A stretch of DNA of 64,000 bases from Eledone cirrhosa (taxonomy: Eukaryota), in NCBI GenBank assembly GCA_964016885.1, contig OZ024750.1, forward strand, positions 49,476,001 to 49,540,000, in the 5' to 3' direction. The translations under genes and the position numbers were made by a program. Under the pieces are notes generated by a model, which made no database searches, was not told where the DNA came from, and worked only from the letters and a program-made list of their open reading frames with translations. How positions within the stretch are numbered: position 1 is the stretch's first letter; the number at the start of each line of letters is the position of its first letter. Of the stretch, positions 1 through 10,167 are shown piece after piece.

Positions 1-910
1 TATTATCTTTTGGTTCTGTTTGGAGTTCTGGATCTTAGGGAGGGTGTCTCGTTGCCCCATGTCAGATTCTTTCATTTTCATCCATTCGATCATAATTTCA
101 TCCTTCAAGTTGGCAAGTTCATTCTCATTCATTTCTTTATCATTTACGATCTCATTATTTTCATTTGGAGTTTCATCCTGAGCATGCACTCCATCCACTT
201 TTTCGATCCTTTCATTAATTTTTTCTGTTGCCAGTGATTTCGCCCCAACCCTGGGGTTCGAAGTGTTACAGTTTACCTCGTTTTCACTGACACATGTTTC
301 ATTTTCCCTTCGCTGACTTTGTGCTAATAGCTTGATCTGATCAATTTCTATATCAGTTAGTAACTTTTTCTTACAATATTTCTTCGTACATTGGCTAGTT
401 TGTTACTGTCAATATAGCCTCTGTTTTCAGGATGTTTCTTTTTCCAGTTGATATATGTCTGTTCTGTATTCGATGTATTTGATGGGTAGTACATGGCAGT
501 GTTAGAAAGCCTCAAGGACTTCTTTATTATCTTCCCTTGACCATTTTTCTCTCTTTTTCTTTGGATTTCTTGGTGGTGAGCATGGAGGGCCAACAGTAGG
601 AGTATTCCGGTTATGGGAGGTCTCCAGCTCCGAAGTGATGGGAAGGTTTGAACCATTAGCTGATTTTTCGACCCCAGTCTGGTTCCTCTCTGAGGGACGC
701 GGCCCTTTTTTACCCGGGTGACGACCGATCCGGTATGAGATTTTATCATTAGACATTTACTTTATTTTGTCGCGTTTTATCCTTATCCGCCAAGGGGTAA
801 TCATTTCGTGTTACCACTTCTAGAACGAGTGTCAACCAATACTAGAGTGGTCGTTCTCCCCTAGAGACACGGCTATTCCCCGACGGCCACCATCCCGGTA
901 TTTCTTGGTC
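1..910 (-). mobile_element. 5' part of a degenerate R4/Dong-like RLE non-LTR retrotransposon (runs off the window start)
   Basis: Frameshifted ORFs 502..756 and 357..749 give 'KKKREKWSREDNKEVLEAF / YYPSNT..YINWKKKHPENRGYIDSNKLANVRRNIVRK', resembling the basic N-terminus of R4-clade ORFs. The 5' boundary is approximate. Confidence 0.6.
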
Positions 911-1892
911 ATGGCTTGTCTTTTTTTTTTTTTTTTTAGATTGTTATTATCATGAGTGGTTCCTTAATGTGAGCATTGCGTGGCTTAAGAATGAAATTAT
1001 TAATAATTGTCTCCACTCCAGGCACAAGGCCAGCAATCACCCAGCGCATTACAATAATATGATATACTTTTTGCTGAAGTTGCCTGTTATTGTTGTTGGC
1101 TATGTCGGTGGTGGTGCCGGGGCTTTTTTATATTGTTGGTGAGGAAGGGGTGAGCCAGCAGTCCCATAGTTGTTGATGTTGACGTTTGGCCGGTGGCCAG
1201 GTCACTAAGTCAATCTATTTATATCTTTTGCTAGCCTCTCCCTTGTCTAGTGATACCGCCACCTTCCCCCTTCCCTCTCAAGTTAACAGGGGAATAGTGG
1301 TGGTAGCAATGAAGGAGTGGTGGCGGCGGTGATGGTATAGTGGTAGCAATGATGGATGGGGTGATGGCGGCGGTGGCATTGTCATTACTGAGTTGTGTGA
1401 TGTAGTATGTATGAGTTTGTGTTCGTATGTTTAATATATATTGTGTTGACATATTCCGGTAAAATTGGGATTAAACAGTTTGTTAAAACTTGAGACAATA
1501 ATAATAGTAATTATTATTATAATGCTGGGATTGATGGTGGTGGTGGTGAAATTGCCGTTATCTGGCTGTTATATTTAGTGTGATGGGATATGTGGTGTAT
1601 CAAGTTTCTGGTGTTGGTGAAATTGCTGTTATTTGGCTGTTCTATATAGTGTAGACAGTAGGTGTTTTCTTCCATTTATAACCATTTTCTTTTTTTGAAT
1701 ACAAAATATATAATACAAAATTGAATATTTGAGCGATATAACAATATAATATGGATCCGAAATTTTATGGGACTTCATTCGGTGGTTTATGCAACATTTG
1801 TACTAAGAATTGTTATTTCACAATTGAATTAAATATGTTAAAAATCAAAAACTTACGGGAGCGATTTCATGACCTTCTACCACCTCGTGCGT

Positions 1893-1900
1893 CTTCTTCC

Positions 1901-1972
<72 letters not shown>
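1893..1972 (+). repeat. (CTT)n-(ATT)n compound microsatellite, 5' flank of the Tx1-like LINE
   Basis: Seen directly in the sequence. Confidence 0.95.
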
Positions 1973-2185
1973 GAATGCCATGGTTGACGGAGGCTCGGCT
2001 CTGTAAGGTATAGTAATTTTTAACCGTTAAAACAATTGTAAATTGTTTAAAACTTGAACCAAATTGTTGATAAAGACACCCTCCTCCTCGTGAGAGGGGT
2101 CTTTCTGTCCGTTATTTGGCCCTTCGGGGTTAAATAGCCAGTTATTGGGGTTTTGTACCCAAAATTTCATTTTAAACAAAAAAAC

Positions 2186-4289
2186 ATGGCTACCAAAAAA
2201 AAAAAAAAAATTTCATACGTCACTCCCACTCATTCCGTCTTCTTCTTCCTCAATCATCACTACAGGAGAGAGAAGATTGTCTCTCTCCCTCCCTTCTTTA
2301 AATGTGTCTCTCTCCCTACCTTCTCTTTCGCAAGCGACGAAAGAAAAGAAAAGTCTCGTGCAAAGCGTGCAAGGTTTCTCCACGACGACGACGACAGCGA
2401 CGAAACAGGTGTGCGGGAAATACGAAAACCCAGTTCATTCGTCTGACGTCAGGAATAATAGCAGTAGCAGCCGTAATAACAACAGCAACAGTGACAATGA
2501 AAACAACAGTAGCAGCCGCAACAGCATCACCAGCAGCATAAACAACAACAGCATTAGCAGCAGCAACACCAACAACAACCACAGCAACAGCGGCGGAGGC
2601 AGTAGTCGTAGTACCTGCAGCAACAACAAAAGTACCAGCAGCTCTGACGACAACAACAACAGCAGAGAAAAACCAATCTCATTTGCAGGTATTGCGAAAA
2701 ACCTGGAAACAATCCTCATAACAAATGAGGAATTAGAGGAAGCGAAGAAGATGGTGACAAAGAACGGACACCGAGCAATCTGCAAGGCAGCGAAAAATTT
2801 TTTCGAAACCCAAGAGCACTGTACGGTCACGTACCGTACAGTAAGTACAAAATCCCGTAGGGTGGAAAGAGCCACAGAGGCCCAAATACAAAAAGCCTTG
2901 GGGTCTGTGTGGCAGAGGAAAACGCACATCACCCGAGGCAAAAAATACGCCACCGTAGACGTACTTTTTGCCACACCCCAGGAGGCAAAGGCCCAATCAG
3001 TAGTGACCCTAAGGAGCGAGGAAATGGTGTTGGTGCCCTCCTACTGCGGGCAAAAAATTGTGAGGGTCAAACTGACCCACGTCCCCCCCGGAATGACCCC
3101 TTCTTGGCTGGCCGCGTCTGTCCTCGTCGGAATCGAGGACAAAACAACTGTACTGCAAGTACAGAAAAAAGTAAGAGAAGATTGGGTCGGCTCCTCCATT
3201 GAGATGCTAATCCAAACCAACCAGGAGTGCATCGAAGCTATCCCGGATGTGATAGACTTCGATAACGGCACTCAACTGCCCATAAGTGTTGAGGGCAAAC
3301 GCCCGAAATGCTTTCGCTGTGGATCGAAGACTCACCTCAGGGCCTTCTGCAACGAGAAGACCCTGAGAAAGGAGAAAACCCCCCTCCTCCCGAATCCGGT
3401 TCCACGGCTACCAGCAACAGGACAAGCGGCAACCAGGAACGATAGGTCCGTGGCACCCATACCCACTCCACGGAAATCAAAGACAGCAGCAGCAGTGGAA
3501 ATATTAACAACAACAACAGCAATACCAAATGCAGCTGCAACAGAGACTCCAGTGCAAACATCACCAACAACAACAAGTGAAAGAGTGGAGCTGGTACCCC
3601 TCCCCGACCTTACAGAATCAGACATGGAGTGTGAGGTGGGAGAGGGATGGCAAAAGGTCTCAAGAAGGCACAAACGCAGAAGCAGCGCATCGTCGCCTTT
3701 GAAAAGGGAGGAAAGAAATGAGAAAAGGGTAAAGTCTACTGCAAAGAGACCCACAGCAGCAACACCACCAACACCATCACCACCCACACCAGCACCACCA
3801 TCACCACCGGCGACAACCCCACCGCCAACAACACCTTCAACACCACCACCACAAGCACCAACATCGCAAACACAACAACAAAACACACACACCCAGCAAC
3901 AACGACAAGAAAATAGCAGAACCACACCCCACCCCCAGAAAAACAAATGCACGGCAATAAACACACACAACAAGAAACTAATGACTTACATAATTGAACA
4001 CACAGACATTTCACAACAGGACTACATAATACCAGCACCAATCAAAACGCCAACTAACATAAGACTGCTAAAAATAGCACAGAAACAATACACAAACATT
4101 AAAACGAAATTCCCCAACGCAGTTGGTGATTTCAGGGACCTAGGAGGAACCATTAATCGAAGAGTATATTCAGACATTCTCTTAGAAGAGCCGACGACCA
4201 GCCGAAGGGACGATTCAACGGTCCCTTCACCAGACGATCAAGTGAAAAGGGATGTAAAAACCATCCCTCCTCTACCAAAAATACGGTAA
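2186..4289 (+). CDS. LINE ORF1 (gag-like nucleic-acid-binding protein)
   Basis: Zinc knuckle CFRCGSKTHLRAFC plus S/N- and P/T-rich tracts. The likely start is ATG 2186 (aaacATGg), which reaches the long ORF only if the A16 run at 2195-2210 is A15. Confidence 0.85.
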
Positions 4290-4324
4290 GTGGTCTTTCC
4301 CATCTTTTCCACTCTATTTTAAAC

Positions 4325-7300
4325 ATGACCTCACTCAGAATAGGCAGCATAAATGCGCGTGGCTTGGGGTCGTCATGGAAGCAGGGTCACCTGCTCAACG
4401 ACCTCAGGTCACTAAACATAGATGTAGTGGCCATCAGCGAGACCAGAATCTCCGAAGCACGGGCCTTCGCACCGATCTTCGGCGGCTACGATGTGTACGC
4501 ATCTCCCAGCCGTCCTGGATCGGGTGGAGGAGTTGCTGTGCTTTTTCGGAGAGGTTTGGATCTCGCCATACGGGCCATCTTCCTGGACCCAGAGGGTAAG
4601 CTGGTGGTGCTGGACGTGACCAGCGGAGACGGGCAAGCTTTCAGGCTAGTGGCCGTCTATGCCCCGACAGGAGCAGGGCGGCCTGATTTCTTCCGGCGTC
4701 TGGAGACCTTTCTTGGAACGTCGCGCTCTTTAGTGTTAGTGGGCGACTGGAACGGGATCTTAGATGCACGCTGGGACTGTGTGGGATTAGCGGATAGGGG
4801 TGGAGGGTGCAAGAGCCTCACCAACCTGCTCAGGCGTTTTGAACTGTCTGACAGGTACCGATTGGATTTCCCGAATGTGCCAATGTGGACTTGGACAAAC
4901 CGCATAGGGTCATCCAGATCATATCTAGATAGAGTATTTTGTAGGGAAATAGATAGGTCTAGCATAGGCTGTCCACAATTCAAGATAGTCAGCTACACGG
5001 ACCACAAATTCGTGATCTGTGTGCTTGACTTAGATAGGCTTCATAGACGAGGACCCGGCTACTGGAAGCTAAACGCGTCCTTACCAGCGCGCAAGGCCTA
5101 CAGAGACCGGATTAGCGAACTAGTTAAGCGGGCGTTGACGGGGGCCATCGTCAACAACAAGTGGTGGTTTGCTCTGAAAAGAGCGATTAGAATAGAATCG
5201 ATTAGGTTTAGTAAGGCTTTAGCAATAGAGAAAAATAGAGCAGAGGGAGAACTAGTTAGAAAATTAGACGAGGCGCTTAGCAAAGGCATTGCGACCGACG
5301 TGCTTGCGGCGAAATTGGCCCTTGACCAATTCTTCAATGCAAAGCACGAAGGCTGCGTTGTCAGAGCTAGGGTGCGTGCTCTCAGACACGAGGGGACGAA
5401 AGCCGTTCAATGGGCCCGAGTGGCGGAGGCGCGTCGTGGCAACAAAGCCACGATCCGGTCTTTGGTGGACCACGACGGGCGCATGCTACTCGATCCCGGG
5501 CAAATGTGTGAAGCTTTTCAGCGACACTTCGCTCAGCTGTTCGGGGGCAGCGGGGGGCCGGGTAGAGGGATGGACTTTAGTGTCTACCTCGACGGACTGC
5601 CGCGGCTCTCGGCCACTGAGGCGAAGTGTTGCGAAAAGCCGATAACAGCCGCTGAAGTAAGGGAGGCAATGACTGGCTGCACAAGGGGTAAATCGCCTGG
5701 TTTGGATGGTCTGCCCTATGAACTTTACGTACAGATGCCAGACTTGTTCGGAGGCCTCTTGGCGGACGTCTACTGCAACTGGCAACAGAACGGGAGAATT
5801 CCCAGTTCTGTGAGCCGAGGAGCGGTGGCACTGCTGAGAAAGGATCCGAACAAGGGGGATAACATAGACAATTTCCGGCCCATAACTCTGCTAAACACAG
5901 AGTTTAAGATTTTGGCCAAGGTGCTAGCAAAGAGGTTGGCGCTTGTCGTTGGTGGTCTGGTGGGAGAGGCGCAGACATGCGCCATTCCCGACAGATCCAT
6001 CCACGACAACCTCCACCTCATGCGATACATCGTAGAGAGGGTAGCTAGGGAACCTGGCACGGGTGGGTCCTTGATCAATTTAGATCAGTCGAAAGCTTTC
6101 GATAGGGTCGACCATCGTTACCTAGCGGCAGTCCTGAGGGCGGCTGGCTTTGGGCCCGTCTTCAGAGGCTGGATCGCTGCCATGCACAGCGACATCTGCT
6201 CTGTGGTGAGAGTGAACGGTCACCTGTCGGAACCGTTCAACATCATGCGCTCGGTCCGCCAAGGATGTCCCCTCTCGTCCCTCTTGTACGTATTGACTCT
6301 CGAGCCATTACTGCACAAACTGGAGACGTTGAGGGGAGTCCCGCGCGAACTAGGATGCGGAAGATCCGTGTCAGCATATGCGGACGATGTCACCGTAGTG
6401 GTGTCGAACGCCAAACACATCGAGGCGATCGGCACTACACTAAGAGAATACGAAGCGGTGACAGGAGCAATGATCAACCAGGAAAAGTCAGTGGGCCTGC
6501 AGCTCGGCACCTGGAGAGGCAGGTCCATGCCGTCCAACAGCGTCGTCGGGCGCTGGACGGACGGACCGGTTAAATTGCTAGGGGTCTGGTTCGGTCCGGA
6601 CCTCCAGACGGACAAAAACTGGGACGAGGTGACGAGCAGGGTGGCTTCTCTCACCCAGAAATGGGCGGAGAGGAAGCTATCCCTGAAAGGTCGAGCGGAG
6701 GTGGCTAACGCGTACATCGCGTCTGTCATCTGCTACCGCCTAACCGTCGTACCTTGTCCTAAGCCTCGCCTGACTGCGCTGGAGCGTTTGCTCTTTCGCT
6801 TTTTGTGGAAGGGACGTGCTCCGATGGTCAGGCGGTCCATCTGTTGTCAACACCCGCTACGTGGAGGGCTGGGCATGCCGTGGCTGATGATGCGCAGGCA
6901 CGCGCTCAGGCTACGACATCTCCACCTCTTCCTCGACGGTGATCAGGTGTGGTCGCCGTTTGCTAGACGCGTTTTTCCCCAGCTCGTTTCCTTGACGGAG
7001 CTGCAGTCCTGGGTCAAGCGAAGACCGAGAGGGAGCGCCTGGAGACTGGAATGTCTTCAGGCGCTCACAGCCCTCGACCAATCGGGCAATGTGATCGGTG
7101 GAAACTCCACCTCGGCGTTCTATAGAGGATTAGTGGAGGGGAAGAGCGACGACGTACTTGGGGAAACTCTAGGCGTCGACGAAAATCAACTAGCCAATCT
7201 CTTCGGAAGAACCTTCGGGCCGGGGCCTATGGACAACTTCCAGAAATCTCTGGCCTGGCAGTGCTACCGAGGAGCCTTGCCAGTTCGGGATAAACTCTAC

Positions 7301-7744
7301 AGGCATGGAGGTGCCGTCAGCCGGGCATGTCCGAGATGCGCGCAGGGCGACGAAACCGTCCTGCACGCACTCGTCCAGTGTCCGAAAATTGCTGACTTGT
7401 GGGTTTATGTCGAACACCTGCTGTCGCGTTTAGGACGGATCCAGCTATCATCTGAGTCTATCGTGAGGATTGCCCCGCCCTCCTCCTTTAGCCGGGAAGG
7501 GCAGGCAGTTTTTATCTGTCTGGTGGCCATGGCGAAAGAGATAGTATGGTGGACACGTTTGAAAGGGCTGAAGACGAGCACTTACCTCTTCGGTGATGCT
7601 CTGATTGACTTTTTCAAATTTCATTTGAAAAGGAAAATCAGAGTAGAGAAGGAAGTGCTCTCTTCCCAGCATTTTGTTGAAAGATGGGTGAGAGAAGCAA
7701 GAATGGCCCGAGTGAATGGGCCGACTCTGAGTATATATCTGTAA
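4325..7744 (+). CDS. LINE ORF2: APE endonuclease + reverse transcriptase + C-terminal zinc finger (1139 aa, uninterrupted)
   Basis: APE motifs SINARGL, SETR, VYAP, GDWN, LDR, TDH. RT motifs KSPGLDG, FRPITLLN, DQSKAFDRV, RQGCPLS, YADD. Zinc finger CPRC..ETVLHALVQC. Confidence 0.97.
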   Translation: MTSLRIGSINARGLGSSWKQGHLLNDLRSLNIDVVAISETRISEARAFAPIFGGYDVYASPSRPGSGGGVAVLFRRGLDLAIRAIFLDPEGKLVVLDVTSGDGQAFRLVAVYAPTGAGRPDFFRRLETFLGTSRSLVLVGDWNGILDARWDCVGLADRGGGCKSLTNLLRRFELSDRYRLDFPNVPMWTWTNRIGSSRSYLDRVFCREIDRSSIGCPQFKIVSYTDHKFVICVLDLDRLHRRGPGYWKLNASLPARKAYRDRISELVKRALTGAIVNNKWWFALKRAIRIESIRFSKALAIEKNRAEGELVRKLDEALSKGIATDVLAAKLALDQFFNAKHEGCVVRARVRALRHEGTKAVQWARVAEARRGNKATIRSLVDHDGRMLLDPGQMCEAFQRHFAQLFGGSGGPGRGMDFSVYLDGLPRLSATEAKCCEKPITAAEVREAMTGCTRGKSPGLDGLPYELYVQMPDLFGGLLADVYCNWQQNGRIPSSVSRGAVALLRKDPNKGDNIDNFRPITLLNTEFKILAKVLAKRLALVVGGLVGEAQTCAIPDRSIHDNLHLMRYIVERVAREPGTGGSLINLDQSKAFDRVDHRYLAAVLRAAGFGPVFRGWIAAMHSDICSVVRVNGHLSEPFNIMRSVRQGCPLSSLLYVLTLEPLLHKLETLRGVPRELGCGRSVSAYADDVTVVVSNAKHIEAIGTTLREYEAVTGAMINQEKSVGLQLGTWRGRSMPSNSVVGRWTDGPVKLLGVWFGPDLQTDKNWDEVTSRVASLTQKWAERKLSLKGRAEVANAYIASVICYRLTVVPCPKPRLTALERLLFRFLWKGRAPMVRRSICCQHPLRGGLGMPWLMMRRHALRLRHLHLFLDGDQVWSPFARRVFPQLVSLTELQSWVKRRPRGSAWRLECLQALTALDQSGNVIGGNSTSAFYRGLVEGKSDDVLGETLGVDENQLANLFGRTFGPGPMDNFQKSLAWQCYRGALPVRDKLYRHGGAVSRACPRCAQGDETVLHALVQCPKIADLWVYVEHLLSRLGRIQLSSESIVRIAPPSSFSREGQAVFICLVAMAKEIVWWTRLKGLKTSTYLFGDALIDFFKFHLKRKIRVEKEVLSSQHFVERWVREARMARVNGPTLSIYL

Positions 7745-8005
7745 ACTAAAGGTGGAAAACTGGGAGAGGGCACTTGCCTTGGTGGTCAGGGTCATTGTGG
7801 CTTTTTACTGGGCTTTCTCCACAAATGTTCCTCCGAAGTCTCCCCCCTATTGGGGAATTTTTCATTGTTATTTTCATTGTTATTTTTGTTACATCCTCTA
7901 TTTTTGTTTTTTTTACACGCAGAAATGCCCATTTGTACCGTCCTGCATTGTCCTGCACTGTCCTTAATGTCTACTTTATGTAAACCCTTGTGGTTAATAA
8001 AGAAA

Positions 8006-8007
<2 letters not shown>

Positions 8008-8102
<95 letters not shown>
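8008..8102 (+). repeat. (ATT)n microsatellite at the LINE 3' end
   Basis: Seen directly, immediately after AATAAAGAAATC. Confidence 0.95.
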
Positions 8103-8104
<2 letters not shown>

Positions 8105-8688
8105 CTTGCTCGTTCTTCTCTATTTCTGAAAGCAAAATATACTTCGAACATTCTTCTTTGATTTTTACACTCCCTTTTTCTACGTATTTTATATCTTTCT
8201 CAATATCTTCTGACTATAGTCTGTATTGTACTGGTACACAATGTCCCACAACTATTTAAGGTAAACACAACCCTACAAGATATATGCACGTATATATCGC
8301 TAAATTTCTCCCTTTACTAAATTATATATACTAGCTATATATATGCGTCTCATATGATCGATCAAACTGCTAGCAATATTCAATATGAAATATATTTTAT
8401 TGGATTTTGAAGTTGTTTATTCCATGTCTACTTTGTGAAACAACCATCTACATATGTGGTGGAACAAAAATGTATTAAATTATCTGGTAATTAACTACTA
8501 GGAAATAGAGGGAAGCTTTCCAGGATCACATACAATGTAGTTTAAAGAGATAAACCAGAGAAACACGTGCAAAAATACACTCGCATTTAGTAACGATAAA
8601 AACCTCCATAGACTTACGTGGTAAGAAAAGCAGAGAGCGTAATATAAATAGAGATAGATAGGTAAATATATCTACACTCTCTTTCTCG

Positions 8689-8759
<71 letters not shown>

Positions 8760-8858
8760 TCCAGTTCTCAGAGAAATAACAACACAGCCAGGAGCTAGAC
8801 ATATCGAGTAAAACACACTTCAACAACATGTGTACCTGTCTTTCCCACACCAATTCGG

Positions 8859-8910
8859 ACTGCCTGAAGAGGTCACAGCTGATGGCTGTCACCGAAATAT
8901 ATATAGCAGT
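8859..8910 (+). ncRNA. Type I hammerhead ribozyme motif (Penelope-associated type)
   Basis: actgc-CTGAAGA-ggtcacagc/gctgtcacc-GAAA-tatata-TA-gcagt. Stems I and II pair and stem III is palindromic. Confidence 0.8.
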
Positions 8911-8963
8911 ATATCTATAATTTATAATACACGAAGCCACATTTTACATATTTGAGTTAATTG

Positions 8964-8997
<34 letters not shown>

Positions 8998-9393
8998 GAA
9001 AGGTATAGAAAACATTGTAGCGAAAAGCCAACAGTATTCCATAATATATAAGAGACTATAGCGTCAAAATGGGAAAAATAGTTAAAGTAAGATGTGGGAA
9101 AAATAATTCAAACTCATCTCAAAGAGAATCAGGATATAGATTCATCCACAGAATTGAGTGAAATCCAGGGAAAAATCCATAGAGCCTTAACTCATGATAA
9201 AATAAAGTTTAAAATACTCATCCTTCAATTTGGAAAAACTTCAAATGCTCTGTATATTCTTAAGTACTATTTCACGAAAACTTTCAGTGGAGATGGTCAC
9301 GGTTGGAATTCGATCCTCAGCAGAGCTCAACTCGATAACCAAGATTATATATATAAGAAAAAATGTTGTGATGCGTGGTTGCACATGGATTAC

Positions 9394-9500
9394 ATATGAA
9401 TAGAATTAGTCCCTCATCAGTGATCTTCCAACTTTTATAAATCGATGAAATACCAATGAAAGTTGGCAGATCACTGATGAAGGACTAATGTTATTCATAT
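9394..9500. repeat. Imperfect ~45-bp-arm inverted repeat with a partial hammerhead core (ctgatgaaggac)
   Basis: atatgaatagaattagtccctcatcagtgatcttccaactt pairs with aagttggcagatcactgatgaaggactaatgttattcatat. Confidence 0.75.
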
Positions 9501-9591
9501 ATATATATAAATATATAGTTCGGAATAACTGAAAATAAAAAAAATAAAAACAAACACAGGATTAAATTTTAAAAATATTATTAGTCTCACA

Positions 9592-9767
9592 GGGTGGTGA
9601 ATTGGCAGTATCGGTCGAGGGTCGGGCACCATGCTTCGACGCATAGAGTTACGGCCCTTGCCATTCTGAGTTCAAATCCCACCGCGGTTAACTTTGCCTT
9701 TCATCCTTACGGGGTTGATAAAATAAAGTACCAGTAATGTACTGGGTAATTGCTGGCCTTGTGCCTA
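9592..9767 (+). mobile_element. tRNA-derived SINE, 5' part, interrupted by the parvoviral insert (3' remnant at 17360-17368)
   Basis: Matches the intact copies at 40567-40750 and 51721-51908 (B-box gagttcaaatcc, 'ggggtcgataaaataaagtaccag', 'gctggccttgtgccta'). TSD attattagtctcaca at 9577-9591 and 17369-17383. Confidence 0.9.
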
Positions 9768-9899
9768 TCCGCTAAATTCTTTAGATTCCTCAACCTCCCT
9801 CCCTCCCGGTCAGGTCTCCTATCCAAAAGTTCAGTGCATAGCACAGTTAGGAGAGGGGACAGGCAAAGATATCAAATTACAAAGCAAGATTTGACAGTT

Positions 9900-10060
9900 A
9901 AGAAATGACGCAATATTAAAGCTACATCAGCAAAAAATAATGCTTGCGTTAGCAAAAGTATAAATAGAACCACGTGACAGTAATTCAATATGCTAACGTC
10001 AGCAAGAATCGAGATATAAAAACAAAGAGCGCGCAACTCAAACTGCCACAACTCAGCAGA
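9900..10060 (+). promoter_or_regulatory. Putative viral Pol II promoter (repeated in copies 2 and 3)
   Basis: TGACGCAA ATF/CEBP-like site at 9906, TATAAATA at 9959, E-box CACGTGAC at 9971, TATAAAA at 10015, all upstream of ATG 10104 and ATG 10168. Confidence 0.6.
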
Positions 10061-10103
10061 CATCTTGCAGATACGAACGCCGTTACTCCGCAAAAAGATC
10101 AAC

Positions 10104-10157
10104 ATGAATTACGAAGATTTAAAGACGAGAGATCGAGATATGATTACTTCTTTGGCG
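10104..10157 (+). CDS. NS1: Predicted NS1 exon 1 (MNYEDLKTRDRDMITSLA), copy 1
   Basis: caacATG start, ending at the consensus donor GCG|GTAAGT (GT 10158). Phase 0, in frame with the NS exon after the acceptor at 11775. Confidence 0.72.
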
Positions 10158-10167
10158 GTAAGTCAGA

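Larger units (their letters stand above)
1973..8007 (+). mobile_element. Near full-length L1/Tx1-clade LINE
   Basis: 5'UTR, ORF1 with a CCHC knuckle, intact APE-RT ORF2, 3'UTR with AATAAA at 7996-8001, and (ATT)n on both sides. Confidence 0.92.

Noticed and set aside
2316-7795. Antisense and alternate-frame ORFs inside the LINE
   Set aside because: Shadows of GC-rich or low-complexity coding sequence.
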